Source: Octopus vulgaris (lineage: Eukaryota). Taken from it: a stretch of 64,000 nt of DNA. The stretch spans positions 16,988,001-17,052,000 of the forward strand of contig OX597831.1 in the NCBI GenBank assembly GCA_951406725.2, in the 5' to 3' direction. Positions 12,833 to 27,600 of this stretch are shown one piece after another. The first letter of the stretch is position 1. Every line of letters starts with the position of its first letter. The position numbers and the translations under genes are program-made. Below the pieces are notes generated by a model, which saw only the letters and a list, made by a program, of their open reading frames with translations, was not told the origin of the DNA and searched no databases.

Positions 12833-14023
12833 ACGTGTGTGTTTGTGTATATTATATACGTGAATATGTATATACGATAATCACGCAGCATAATTTAGAT
12901 CTCTGTCGCTAATTCTTTTCAGAAAAAAATTGAAAACTTATAACATTTTGGAAGAAGACTGGTCTCTAGCTACGTTTTGGCATAAACAAGTTGAGATTTG
13001 GTCCAGTAGAAAAAAAGATGTTTGCATTAAAATTAGTATCAACGTTCTATCAACGTTAGTACGTAAAGGCTCTAGTCACGTTTAGTTCTAAATAACAGTT
13101 TTTAATTTGAAAGCAACATATGTTCATCTTAGTTTAAATGATAGCAAAAAGCATGAGGAATTTCATAGTTTTGGTTCCATGCAACGAAAATTGGTATAAA
13201 AATTGTGAGGTAAACTGTCACGAATAAAATATAAGACAGAATATTGAATTTAAGTATAATTAATATTTTTCTATTTTAAAAACAAACTATATTTTAATTA
13301 ATCTTAAGTGATAGAGCACAGGTCGAGAAATGTCAGGGTTTCAATTTCATGCAATGAAGTTTTAAAATAATAATATTTATGAGTGATTGTTTCTCAAATT
13401 GGAGGGTGATAATATGGTTCTTTAAGTTTGTATGAACATAGTTCTATGTCACCGGCATCATTGAAATAAGGAAAACAATATATCAACGACATTGCTAATT
13501 TACAATTAGATTAATTGCGTCTTCTGTATCAATCAAGCCAATTATTTGATGTAAACACAGTCCTGTAATATCAGAGGAGGAACATAATCGTAGTAGTTTA
13601 CATTGACAGGAATTTCACAGTTTTTAAGATTTTCCAAATAATAATTCAACTACAGTCCTAGTTGAATAATATACTTAAGCCCGAAATTTACTCACTCAGA
13701 GCTTTGCGGCTGATTCAGGTCTTAAGCAAATTGAAAACTGTAAACATTATGGAAGTGGACTGGTCCCTGTAAGTAACGTCACCAAAATAGTTTAGATCTA
13801 AATACCTTCTTTTTTATTTTAACAGCAACATCTTAGCTTACATCATAGGAAATTTCATAGTTTTGCACCAATGCAACATAAATTTGGTCAAAAGTTTGTG
13901 AGCTAAAATATCATGAAAAAATATAAGGCAAGAAATCGGATCTAAGTATGATTACCCAAAACTTTATTTTGCTTTAATTTAGGAGCTATTTCATTATAAT
14001 TCCAATGCCTTCAGAGAAATTTC

Positions 14024-14083
<60 letters not shown>

Positions 14084-14519
14084 GCGTGTGTGTTTATAAT
14101 GTTCATATAATACATAAATACACAGTAGAATTTGCAATTAATCTATGTGTCAAACATTTCATTATTCTGAAAGCAAATTTCTACTAAAAATTTAATTAGC
14201 GACCTAATCCCAAACGAACTATTTCACTCTACACAATGACAGATAAGTGCCGTGATATGTATGGTCGGAAATAGAGGACAGATGAATGGATGGGGGCCAG
14301 AGGATGAGTGACGAAAACAGTAATAATGAAAGGATAATGTTTTCTGTACTTTAATTTGCATTAAGGAAAACATTATCTGATTAGTTTGAATCCATATTAA
14401 AGTTTGCAGTGCAGCAAATTCCCCTTTATTGCATCTCGTTCCCTAATATGGATTTACTAATAATTCATATTTCTCTTTTTGATGAATTAACAAATCTACA
14501 ACTGTATGTATATATATAT

Positions 14520-15360
14520 ATATCACCTTGATCACCTTGACCGAACAGTCCGTCAGGCGTCCATTTGACACCGCTGGTCACAGCACGCTGTCTACTCCTC
14601 CCTGGATCGCGCCTTTCCCATCCATGTGATCCCAACCGTCCTCCTGAAATCCTAACTCCACCGTCGTGGAGGTCTTCCGGCTGGTTTTTCCGCTCACGCG
14701 GGAACCACTCGATAACAGCATGCGTCCATCGATTATCGGTGAGCCGGGCGACGTGTCCAGACCATCTATATTTCCTGCGGGTATACTCTGCGATGACATC
14801 TCTCACGCCGGACTTCTTTCTGATCATCTTGCTACTTATGTGCTCTCTCAACGAGATACCAAGCATTGACCTTTCCATGGCTCTTTGAGCCGTTACCAGT
14901 TTTTGCTCTTCTCTCTTTGTGGTAGCCCATGTTTCACTACCATATAACATTGCAGGCAGAACAGAACTGTTAATGAGGTTGGCGCGGATGGTCCCGTCCA
15001 ACCTTCCCTTGAGCACATCCCTTATGCCATTGAACGCCTTCCATCCGGCCCTTACTCTCCGTGATATCTCTTTTTTGATATCCCGGCACATATTTACTTC
15101 CTGTCCCAGGTAGACATATTCCCTCATCTTGAGACCTACTGCAGAACTTTTGATGTTGAGCTCCGTCAGCATGGTCTGAAGCTGATCCGTGTTTTCAGCG
15201 ACGAGTACGATGTCGTCAGCGAAACGGAGATGGGTGAGGAGCTCGCCATTGATGTTGACACAACCTTGCCAGTCGATGCCTCTGATGATCTGTTCGAGAC
15301 GTGCCGTGAAAACTTTTGGGGAGAATGTTTCTCCTTGCTTCACTCCCTTCTCGGGAGTGA
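14520..15360 (-). mobile_element. RTE-clade LINE 3' fragment
   Basis: [33 protein letters not shown]...RWT. A short internal deletion near 15124 is evident by comparison with 30431-30752. Confidence 0.9.
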
Positions 15361-16102
15361 AGCAAGAAGATATATATGTATATGTATGTATGTGTGTGTG
15401 CGTGCGTGTGTGTATGTGTGTGTGCCTGTGTGCTTGTGTGTTTGTATGTGTGTGTGGGTGAATGTGTAATTCTATATGGATGTATATATATATATATACG
15501 TATATACACTTTTCCAGTGGATGAACTTACGCACGTTATCGTGCCTTCTCTTGTAATGCTTTTGGACCAGTAACTTAAAGTATTTTACAATATGAGATCG
15601 CTTCGTTTCTGCTGCCAATTATCCTACAAAGGGGCGATACGCTACTTTTACCTTTTTGAAACTTGGTGTAATTAATCCGCCGCAGACCTTGTTCCTGGAG
15701 CTGCATATCACTGCATCGTTTCAGTTCACTTTCGCTTAGTATTGTCCTTGTCTTTTCCTTCGATTTCTTTGAGGCACTGCCCATGCTGTAGTTTCATTTT
15801 CCAGTTGTTTAATTTTTTTCCTTCACTTTGTTTCTTAAATATTGTTGTGAGGACGGGAGTAAGCATCGCATTTTCGGTAGGTATTAAATTGTTCATTCTA
15901 ACACCGGTAAGCAAGGATTCACTCTATGTTTGATGAACCATCCTTGAGTGTTCTTAACGTATATGTTTATGTTCTTATGTATATACGTGTGTGTGTGTGT
16001 ATTCATCTAGTCTATCCGGTTGTAAATGGGAAACTCTGAAACGGAAAAGTGTTGCGAATTAGAATTCTAAACGCATTCATTCGCAATATATTCGAATGCG
16101 TC

Positions 16103-16330
16103 GAGCTGGCAGAGACGTTAGCGCGCCTGGCGAAATGCTTAGCGGTATTTCGTCTATCGTTACATTCTGAGTTCACATTCCGCCGAGGACGACTTTGCTT
16201 TTCATGCTTTCGGTGTCAATAAATAAAGTACCAGTTTCGCACTGGGGTCGATGTAATCGACTTAATCCCTTTGTCTGTCCTTGCCCGTCCTCTCTATGTT
16301 TAGCTCCTTGTAGATAGTAAATAAATAAAT
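16103..16330 (+). mobile_element. SINE-like family (gagctggcagaaacgttagc...); other copies at 49899-50110 (+), 53800-54020 (-), 42490-42670 (-), 35730-35890 (+)
   Basis: Multiple near-identical dispersed copies in the window, with a B-box-like gagttcaaattcc. Confidence 0.8.
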
Positions 16331-17821
16331 ATATTCTTGCATAGTCGAACAACTATATATCATCCCCTTCTTTTCACAGCGTTAGCTGTGCTCTTTACAT
16401 TACGGCCCTGAAATATGGCATACATATTCATCACTCATTTTTGTCTCATTGTGTATTTATATTTATCGTCTCAATACGAAATATTGTAGCAAATATCAGT
16501 GATGGCTATGATTTCTGTAGAAACAACCCTAACGACAGTGAACAGAGTAGAATAGCAAGTGTAGAAAGCCAGAAAGAAAATTAAGAAATTCTCTACCTCT
16601 ACAATATTGCCGGAGAATAGGGGACACAAGTTAAACTAACCGATGAGTGAGAAATAAATTTAGTTGTATGAATCCTTATAACATCGAAAATGATGCTGTG
16701 AAGCGAGTTACTTGACGCACACATATCGTGCTGCTGAGTATCACGCAAAGCCCCAGTAAGAAACAGTAATTGGAAAGGAAGCTGTGATATTGGGAAATTT
16801 ACCCAAATTATCAACAGAAATACAATGGCAATAAGAATATTATGAATATTGTAAATATAACAACTATAATACGTGATCAGCTTACCAATAGCAACGACAA
16901 GAGAAATTATAATACACAGTCTCCATGTTTCGCTAACATCCTCTTACAGAATGTTCCCCCACACTTCCCCGAAACCCGAATACAATATCAAATCATATCT
17001 AGAATATTTGAAATATGCAATGGATATATCATAGCAAGCTTTTCTATATGAAAAATAACTTATTAAAATGCTTTTAAATAACGTATCTGGATAATTTGTT
17101 GTGATAATATCATCATAAATAATTTTGCATGTCTCTAATATATTTAAATTAATATTATCACAGCTGGCACTGAGTTTGACACGAGTAACAACGATGAAAT
17201 ATTGTAGAGTTATACTACACCTTGTTCGTAAGTAATGTGTAAATTATTCCATGAATTATTTCAAGCGTAATATATTCTTCTTCTTTCGAAATATATATAC
17301 ATACATACATATGTTTGTGTGTGTCTCTGTGTGTTTGTGTGCGTGAATGTGTATGTTTATATATGTATATCCGTGTGCGTGTGTGAGGGATGTATCTGTA
17401 TATGTGTCTATCACACATATAGTTATCTATAGTGTAATGAATATTCTGAAAAGAAGACTTATAAAATATTTGAGTGATTTTACTTTCAAACGGCTAAATC
17501 ATAAACTTTTACAACTCTTGTTTCCTATTTTGTAGTTTAGCGAAAAAAAGGAGAAAAGAATGACATGGTGGAGCTGTCTCGTACAAATCAGAATATATAA
17601 AGAAGCGTTTCTTCCAATTCTATTGAAATATATAAACAATACCCGCCAAAGTAATGCATTATATTGCAAGCTATGTTAATTTGTCCAGTATTTAAAATAT
17701 ATGTACTTTATAGTACATTATTAAAATTAACAGTGATGTTATAGTACATAACTGAATATCTTTATATAGTATGATTGTGCCAGATAGATTATTCTTTAAC
17801 TCCGTCTCCCATGTATTATTA

Positions 17822-17891
<70 letters not shown>

Positions 17892-17892
17892 C

Positions 17893-18640
17893 ATTCAGCA
17901 GTTTTATTTTTATAGCGTGCTTTCACTTCACTACCGAGCGCAGCTCTGTGTGCCTTGGGTATGTGCTGTGATTTGTTGTGATGCACTGATGGTTATTGTA
18001 TGGAAAGTGCTCGGCATAGGATGTGTGCAGTGCCTAGTAGTGCAATTTTCTGTATGTTATATGTGTTTGTAAGCCCTGGTGTTTTTGTTATGTATCTGTC
18101 TGAATATTCTTTTTCATGCCTAATGCACCTTCTTTGAAAGGGATTCTTTCTACTTTAGATTCCACATTATGGTTACCTCTCTTTCCAGGTCTTTGTATTT
18201 TGAGAGTTTCTCCATTTCTCTTAGAGAAACGTTGTCATCTACCGCTTTTGGCACATCAATTAGAAAGCATTTATTTCCTTCATGATCTCTGACAACTACA
18301 TCTGGCCTGTTGGTCTTAATTTCTCTATCTGTGTGTATCGGCATATCCCAGAGAATGGTTGCTTTCTCGTTTTCTGTGACCCTTTCTGGTGTGTGCCTAT
18401 ACCATCTTTTTTTCTGTTCTTATTCAATAATGTTGGCATAGCTTCCAATGTATGTAGGTTCCAACTTTGTCATGTCTGTGAATATATTCCTTCTTAGCCA
18501 GGATTGGGCAGCTAGAGATAATATGAGTTATTGTTTCTTGTCCATCTCCACATATTCTGCAGTTACTTGTTATATTTCTTTTCATTACATGTTTTTGGTA
18601 ATTTCTGTTGAGGAGGCTTTTGTCTTGTGCTGCAATTAAA
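17893..18640 (-). mobile_element. 5'-truncated R4/Dong family A copy
   Basis: MPIHTDREIKTNRPDVVVRD...KLSKYKDL; same 3'UTR as other family A copies. Confidence 0.9.
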
Positions 18641-18641
18641 A

Positions 18642-18722
<81 letters not shown>

Positions 18723-18756
18723 ATTATTATTATTATTATTATTATTATCATTATTA

Positions 18757-18814
<58 letters not shown>

Positions 18815-18815
18815 G

Positions 18816-18877
<62 letters not shown>

Positions 18878-19124
18878 CAGTATTATCATTATTATTATTA
18901 ATATTATTATCATTATTATTATTGTTATTATTATTACTATTATTATTATTACTATTATTATTGTTGTTTTCGTTGTTGTTATAATTATTATTATTATCAT
19001 TATTATCATCAGTATTATCATTATTATCATCATTATTATTAGTATTATGATCATTATTATTATTATTATTGTTGTTTTTATTATTATTATTATTATAATT
19101 ATTATTATTAGTATTATTATTATT
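18642..19124. repeat. Long degenerate (TTA)n tract; the window has many other (TTA)n, (TA)n, (CA)n and (GAA)n microsatellites
   Basis: Directly visible; these tracts generate the poly-I/Y/L/K pseudo-ORFs. Confidence 0.95.
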
Positions 19125-20380
19125 CTATGTTTGACTTTTGCTTTACGTCTGTACAAGTTGGCTCCAAGTCTCACCCAGAGACCTCAAGAGACAACAGGTT
19201 GGAAGTTCACGTTATTGTTATGCCTAGTGTGCCATATTTTTTTTTGGCGTTGTACTAGTGAATGTCTAATACATAAATTTTAAAAAAAAGTTTGTTTTAA
19301 ACCTTGGGATTACATAGAGAGTATTTTGCGTAGGATATGAGCGGTTCCCATGAGCACTATATTTTGAATTTCTGCCATTTGGGGGTTTCCTGGTATCTGA
19401 GTAAGGTAGCAATCAGCCCTTTTTGCTATCATTCCCAGGGCACCTATAACAACTTGTGTTGTTCTAGTCTTCATGTTCCACATTTTGCTGATTTCTATTT
19501 CAAGATCTTTATATTTGCTCAGTTTTTGGTAGGTCTTGACTGATACGTTTATATCGATTGGGACAGTCATATCAATGAGGAGGAATGTTCTTTGTCTGAA
19601 GTCTTTCGATATGATGTCTGGCCTATTTGCATCTATCTTTCTGTCAGTTTGAATTGGGAAGTTCCAGAGGAGTGAGATGTGGTCATTTTCAAGCACTGGA
19701 GGTGGATTGTGTTCCCACCAGTTTTTTTCATGGGGCAAATCCAGGTTTTTGCAAATTACCCAGTGAATATATTGTACAGCTCTATCATGCCTGTTGAGGT
19801 ACTCTGTAGGCGCTAGAAGACTGCATTTGGAGACAACATGATCAATGGTTTCATTTTTTTGTCGGCATACACGACATGTTGGGCTACTGCCGTTCTTTAA
19901 TATGTTGGCCTGGTAGCTTCTTGTTGGTAGGCATTGATCTTGAGCTGCTATGATAAACCCTTGTGTTTCAGATTTTGAGCCATTGATGTCTCAGGGTTTT
20001 GTCAATATCTGCATTATTCGCTCTCTTTGGGTATTTACCATATACAGGTTTTTCTTGCCAATTATTATTCAGAATATCTAAGGCCGCAGTTTTGGCACGG
20101 GTTTTCATGCGCCTAGCTTTTTCTGGGCTTGTTTCTAGTATGTCTAATTCCGAAAGTTGTTGTATTCGGAATTCACTTAGATATTCCATTGCCTGTTTTG
20201 TTACTGAGTATGATGCTTTCTTGTTGTCATGTTTTGAGACAAGTTTTAACGTCTCGACCTCAGACTTTTTCAGGTAGGTGTCTAGACCAATTGTAGCAAT
20301 CTACATTGTTATTGCCATTTGCAAAAGACCACGGCCTCCCTGTTTTCTTGGTAGATAAAATCGTTCTTTGTCTGCCTTAA
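19125..20380 (-). mobile_element. 5'-truncated R4/Dong family B copy
   Basis: WNFPIQTDRKIDANRPDII...LIDMTVP...KLSKYKDL...MGTAHILRK; distinct 3'UTR ending in (TAA)n. Confidence 0.9.
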
Positions 20381-20396
20381 TATTATTATCATTATT

Positions 20397-23300
20397 ATTC
20401 AGTAGTTTTATTTTTATAGCGTGCTTTCACTACACTACCGAGCGCAGCTCTGTGTGCCTTGGGTATGTGCTGTGATTTGTTGTGATGCTCTGATGGTTAT
20501 TGTATGGAAGGTGTTCTGCGTAGGATGCGTGCAGTGCCTAGTAGTGCAATTTTCTGTATGCTATATGTGTTTGGAAGTCCCGGTGTTTTTGTTATGTATT
20601 TGTCTGAATATTTTTTTATCATGCCTAATGCACCTACTATGATAGGAATTGTTTCTGTTTTCAGATTCCACATTCTAGTTACCTCTATTTCCAGGTCTTT
20701 GTATTTTGAGAGTTTCTCCATTTCTTTTAGAGACGCATTGTCATCAGCCGGTATTGATACATCAATTAGAAAGCATTTATTTCCTTCATGATCTCTGACA
20801 ACGCCTTAATTTCTCTATCTGTGTGTATCGGCATATCCCAGAGTATGGTTGCTTTCTCGTTTTCTGTGACCTTTTCTAGTGTGTGCCTGTACCATCTTTT
20901 TCTGTTGTTATTCCATAATGTTGGTATAGCTTCCAATGTATGTAGGTTCCAACTCTGTCATGTCTGTGAATATATTCCTTCTTAGCCAAGCCTGGGCAGC
21001 TAAATATAATATGATTTATTGTTTCTTGTCCATCTCCACATATTCTGCAGGTACTTGTAATATTTCTTTTCATTACATGTTTTTGGTAATTTCTGGTGGG
21101 GAGGCTTTGGTCTTGTGATGCAATTAAAAATCCCTCTGTTTCTGCGTTGAGTCCTGAGCTTCTCAACCATTGCTGGGATTTTTCCTTGTCTATTTCTTTT
21201 ACGTTTAGTTTAGTCCAGTATTTACCATGAAGGGACTTTTCTTGCCATCGTTTTATCATGGTTCGGTGCAGTTCCATTTTTAGTTTGGATTTCATTTGTT
21301 TTATAGCTTTTGTTGTTTCTTCATCTTCTTCTTCTTCTTCATGTTTATTAGGTGGTATGTTTTCTTGTTTGTATTTGTCAGCTTCCTTAAATACTGAGAA
21401 CAGTTTTTTGTTTTGCTCGTGTTTTTTTTCCGCTATCTGGATCAGTTTTCCTTCCTTCTTAAGTAGATATTTTTGCAGTCCTATGGTGGTTATTTTATAG
21501 TAGATTTCCAGCTTTATAAGGCCTCTACCACTTTCTATACGTTGCATATAAAGTCTTTCTATGTCAGATTTTGGGTGTTGCATCCTAGATCCTGTCATTA
21601 TTTTTCTTGTTTTCCTATCTATTTTACTCAGTTCATTTTGTGTCCAGTTAAGTATATCGTAGCTGTAACTTATAACTGGGACAGCTAAAATGTTGATACC
21701 TATTATCTTGTTTTTAGCATTGAGCTCTGTATTTAGTATTGATCTGACTCGTCTCTCACCTTCTTTTTTCATTTTCTCTTTGATTTGTGTGTGTTGTGTC
21801 TTATCTAGTTCATGGATTCCTAAGTATTTGTAAGTTTGGCTTTGGTCTAATTCTTTTATTTCACTGGTTTTATCTAGTGTGATGTTGTTACTCTTAAGTA
21901 GTTTTCCTCTTTTCAGGGTTACTTTGGCGCAATTTTCTAATCCAAATTTCATATCTATTTCTTTGGTAAATCCATGAACTGTCTTTAATAGTGTTTCTAG
22001 CTGTTTGTCATTTGCAGCGTATAGTTTTAGGTCATCCATATATAAAAGGTGGCTGATCGTTTTGCCGTAACATTTATATCCGCATCCAGTTCTAGTTAGC
22101 ATATCAGATAGAGGTGACAGTGCCAAGCAGAAAAGGAGTGGAGAGAACGTGTCTCCCTGGAATATTCCTCTTCTAATGGGGATGTCTTTGGTTTTCATGA
22201 GTCCCTCTTTTGTTTGGAGGTGTAGGGCTGTTTGCCATTTATTCATAGAGTGCTCTATGAATTTTATGATTGTTTGTGCTACTTTGTTAATGGCTAGTGT
22301 ATCGAGGATCCATGTGTGGGGGATGCTATCAAACGCCTTTTTATAGTCAATCCAGGCCATACTGAGGCCTTTCTTCTTTCTGTGGCTGTCTTCAGTTATG
22401 GCTTTATTAATCATTAGTTGATCTTTACAGCCATATGAGCCTTTGCGGCATCCTTTCTGCTCTTCTGGGAACAGTTTGTTTTCGTCCAGGTGCTTGTTCA
22501 GCCTTTGTGATATCAAAGCAGTAAATGCCTTGAACATAGTAGGGAGGCAGTTTATTGGTCTGTAGTTTTCTGGTTTTTCTGTTTCATTTGATTTGGGAAT
22601 TAAGATGGTTTTCCCCTTCGTGAGCCATTCAGGCATTATCTCTGGCTCTGCTAGTACATTGTTAAGGTTTTCAGCCAGCTTTTTGTGCATTCCTGTCAGA
22701 TATTTCAACCAGAAGTTGGGGATCTTGTCATGCCCAGGTGCCTTCCAGTTGCTTAGTTTTTGCAGTGCCTGGGTGACCTCTTCAGTTGTTATGGGGGTCC
22801 AAAGTTGTTCAGATGCCGAGTTAGTTATTCTGATACTCCTTTATTTTGGTGGTTCGTTCGCCGACCATATTTCTCTCCAGAATTCTTCCAATTCTTCTGC
22901 CGTTGGTGCTGCAGTGACTTCTATTTTATTTTTTCCCAGATCTTGGTAGAACATTTTGGGGTTAGAATTGAACTTTTTGTTTTATTCAAAGAAGCGTTGG
23001 CGTTTCTCGTACCGGCGGATCCTTTGTGCTTTGGCAAGGATATCTTGCTTCAGCTTTTCTTTTATTTCAGGCAAATCTTTCTCTGTGATGTTATATTTGC
23101 GGAGTATTTTTGTTCTCTTTTTGTTGCTCAGTAGCGTTGATTGTTTGCTGATTTCATTAAGAATCGACAGGTCTTTTCTAATTTCTTTTTATTTTGCTTT
23201 GGATGTTATTTATCCACAGGGTTTTTTTGGGTGGTGGTACTCCTGTTTGGGCGGGTTTGGGTGAGTATCCAGCTTCTTTTGTGGCTGCAGTGGCTGCTGC

Positions 23301-24355
23301 GTATAATAGGTTATTTAGCTCAGTGATATCACTTTTTTTTATTCAGTGGCTATCAGTTCAGTGACGGCTAGGTTTATGCTGTTTATAATAGGTGTTGTTA
23401 TTTTGTTTATTTTGATTCTTGGGATGTATGGTCGGTGGTCCATTTTGAGTTCTGTGGTTTTCAGTTCTTTGATTATTTTATTTTTTATATTATCATAATC
23501 ATTAGGCTCCCCTTCCTTGTTTACATCGTGTTTGTTGGGAATGTTGCGCTTGTCTTCGTGTTTTACAGTTTCAGTGTTTATATTATTGGGCATTGTTGTG
23601 TGGCTTCTATCTACATTTTCCTGGTGTATGTTTTCTTTTAGGTGTTCTATTCTATTTCTGATATTTCTTTTTGTGTTGAGAATGTATCTTCGTACGTTAG
23701 CTAATTTACTAGGGTTCATTGCTGTATCCAAGTCTATATCTCTATTATTTTCCTTCCATATTTTATATGTATGTGTTGTTGTATTTTCATTTTTTGGGTA
23801 GAGTACTGCTGTGAAGTATGCGTGTAAGATAGAAATGTATTCCTCACGTGTCCATTTACGTCTTTTGGGTTTTATTTGCGGGACATGAGGTACAACGTCT
23901 GTCCCATTATTTTGACGGTCGTCATTTTCGTAGGGTACCGGTCCGTTTATTTCTGTTGTCACATTATTTCGCACGTGTAGTTTTTCGTACATTTTTTTGT
24001 TGTAAGTTTAATGTACGTACCGCTCGATTGTTATTCTTGGGTTGAATAGTATCGGTGGCATTTAATTTCTTCGTAGTTCCTTTGTACATGGTGTTTGGGG
24101 TCGGAGATGATCGTGATGTTCCACGCATGTTTACATGTGTTGCGTTAGAGGTGGAGATGATATCGAGTCAAAATATATCATTTCGTTTCGAAAATAGTAA
24201 TAAATTTCAATTAGTATTACTTACTCGGATACAGTCCAATTCTTTGTTAGTAAAACTTTGGCTCCATAGGATGTCCTTGTTTTCGATGTTTGTGGATAGA
24301 TTTCGGAGCTCTGAATTTTCCTTCTTACATCTTACACGTCCCCGGTGTTCTCTCC

Positions 24356-24356
<1 letters not shown>
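20397..24356 (-). mobile_element. Near full-length R4/Dong-type non-LTR retrotransposon with restriction-like endonuclease (family A), frameshifted
   Basis: N-terminal KRRKWTREEY region; RT motifs (AWIDYKKAFDS, GIFQGDTFSPLLF, LYMDDLK); CCHC knuckle CRICGDGQETINHIIFSC; RHD; KLSKYKDL and LGTARILRR tail. Flanked by (TTA)n, the target established for Dong. Confidence 0.92.
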
Positions 24357-24427
<71 letters not shown>

Positions 24428-24679
24428 CTTCTGGTCGCATTAATGATTCCGGGCATGTTTCTACGAAAAATTCAAGAATTGTTCTGCTCACTTCGAGTAT
24501 ATTTTTAGGAAAACAAAGTATGGTATGATGTTTTAATTGTTTATAGTTGTATTTGGAGAAATACTGTATCAATACATCCAATCCCATACAACGATAGATT
24601 TGTTTCTTATAGAACGGACTCGATTTTTCTTTGAAGCAATTTATAATTTGAAAATAAATATCATACATATATAGAAGAT

Positions 24680-27600
24680 TCCGGTGAGAAACCAGAAGAT
24701 TCAGGTGAGAAACCTGCTCGGGAATTAAACCCAAGTGCAAGTGCTCCTACCAGCACCAAAATCCAAATCCAAAATCATGGAGATGAAGGAGCCAAAGGTG
24801 AAATAAAAGGAGGAAAACTAAAAGAAAATCAAAAGATGAAACAGCCAAAGAATGAAAAACTAAAACACAAACAAAACCAAAATATGAAACAGCCATGTAT
24901 AGAAGCAAATCTGACTATCCATGTACCAAAAGGGATAGAAACAGACAGTGCACACGTGTTGTGTAAATTCTACTTGAAATGTGTCTGGTGGCATGGAGAG
25001 GAAGGTGTAGGCTGCCGTTTTGCACATCAAAGACCCTGCCACATAAACACGAAACAGGTCAGAAACCAACTACCAATAGGAAAACGAATGGACCACGCAC
25101 CACCTGCCCCAAAACGGAGGTACCCAGATATAATGCGTGCTACAAACCGACAAAATGTTATTGAAAGGGCAGCTGCTGAACAAGAATCTTTTTTGTGCAT
25201 GGCACAAAAGATTGTACAGCATCTAAACCTGGCTCCATAAAAATCAAACTCGCCGATGGGACTATCCACAATACACAAGACCGCCACAGCAAATAGAACC
25301 AAGGTGGACAACGCCGGCAACAGAATGCACCTCACCTCGATGTTCCTACTTAACATCAGAGGACTGCTAACACTCAGTAATAGGACAAAAATCCCGTTCT
25401 TTAGAGACTTTGTGGCATGCAATCAAGCCTTATGCATAGCACGTACGGAAACACACCTGAAACCGGACATAGCAGATGCGGAAATACACATACCACGGTA
25501 TGTGGTACTACGGACATACAGAAAAGAAAGGAGTCATGTAGGAGTTGCTATGTACATCCGTGAGGACCTCACACCTCAGGTCATTTGTCATACACAAATT
25601 CGGTGTGTGACACACTAATTCTACATATTAGGCAGCTTGGTGTAGTTCTGTGTGCTACATATCGCCCTCCGGATGCCCCAAGCCATTTAGGCAAGTTTGA
25701 AGATTGCCTTATAAAAATAGAAGTCTAATCACATTAGAACAACACATAAGTGTACTTCTTATGGGAGACTTCTATCTACCCAATGTCAGATGGCCCGAGG
25801 GCCTTTCTCTCCAAGGAATGACTCGATGTGAACAAGGACAGGCGAGGTCCCTCCTGAACCTCATCAACAGTGTACATGGAGCAAGTTATATTCCAACCAA
25901 CCAGGGCAGGTAACATATTGGATCTCTGCTTCACAAATAATATGGATATTATAAATAATGTGAAAGTGACACCGACACTACTCTCGGATCACAGCATGGC
26001 AGAGCTGATCATGTACGGGCCAAAGGAAAGCATGGAAATGCAGCCTACAAGAAACTCTCAGAACCTTTCCAGCTTGAACTTCCATAAGTAAACTGGAAAC
26101 AAATTGAGAAAGAGATCCTCAAACAAAACTGGCTTGAATGTCTATCCTCGCTATACATCGACATGAAACATCAATAATTCATGTATGTAATGCAAGCCAT
26201 ATGCTACAAATGTGTCCCAGAGAGAAAGGCCACTTTACACAAGAGCAAAATCCCAAGAGAGAGGAAAATTCTAATGAGACGGCGTAGAAAATTTTCAAAT
26301 CGCCTAAACAAACTGTTGGAAATTGAAAAATGTTTGAAACTCTCCCTAGAAAAAGAAAGAGCAGACAAAGAAGCCTGGGCTATAGACAACATACAATCTA
26401 ACCCCATAGCTTTCTACAAGTGTACCAAAGAAACAGCTACGGTGCACTGTAGGATAGGGCCACTCCTTGAAAATGATGGCACACTCACAGGAAATCCAAT
26501 GAGGTTAAGTGAAATTCTAAATGAGCAATTCAAGAGTATTTTCACTCAACCCCAAGGGCATTTTCAATCAGCAATCCAACTGACTTCTTTACCACTGCAG
26601 ATATAAAATCAGAGGCAACAATGATTGATTACATCAATATAAAGGAAGACGATGTAATAAAGGCTATAGATGAAATGAAAACAAACTCAGCTACTGGCCC
26701 CGATGGATTCCCAGCAATTCTTCTAAAAGTATGTAAGAGAGTCCTAGCAAGACCACTGCAGTTCCTCTTTCAGAGCTTCCTGGCAACTGGCAAACTTCCA
26801 AGAAAACTGAAGGAAGGTAAAATATGCCCTATTCATAAAGGAGGTAGCAGAGCGGAGGCCAATAACTACAGACCTATCTCTCTGACCTCACACATCAGCA
26901 AGGTCATTGAACGAATAGTCAGAAGGAAACTAATCACCTTCCTTGAAGAAAATGACTTGCTGCCTGACACCCAACATGGTTTCCGGCAAGGAAGAAGCTG
27001 CTTAACTCAGCTCCCACAACACTTTGACTGGGTGCTGAAACGACTGCTCAACCACTCAAATGTTGAAGTCATATATCTCGACTTTGCAAAGGCCTTTGAT
27101 AAAGTCGATCATGGAATGATATGTCACAAACTGCGTGATCTTGGCATAGTAGGAAATTTGGGAGAGTGGCTTCATGACTTTCTGAAGGATAGAAGTCAGG
27201 TGGTAGTAGCCAATGGGGCCACTTCCATTAACACGAAAATAGTGAGCGGTGTTCCGCAAGGCACTGTTCTGTGACCACTACTGTTCATAATGGCCCTCTC
27301 TAACAGGCCCTCATCCACGCAGAGAGTCACGGTCACAAGTTATGCAGATGATACAAGAGGCACAATTAGTGCGAGACCTCGGTATTTAAATGAGGGCTGA
27401 TGCAACCTTTCATGTGCATGCTGCTAATTTGGCAATGAAATGTAGGCGGCTGACCGGATGGATTCTTAGAATCTTTAGAACAAGAGACCAGGAAACCATG
27501 ATGGTCCTTTGGAGGACACTTATCCTAAGCCACTTTGACTATAGCTCTGAGCTATGGTCACCATCCAGTGTCAAGTTATTCACAGAAATGGAGGCGATCC

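Noticed and set aside
20876-22708. Active retrotransposon or domesticated host RT gene
   Set aside because: The 610-aa ORF is a fragment; frameshifts upstream and downstream and a deletion in the RPD endonuclease motif (~20800) indicate a dead copy.
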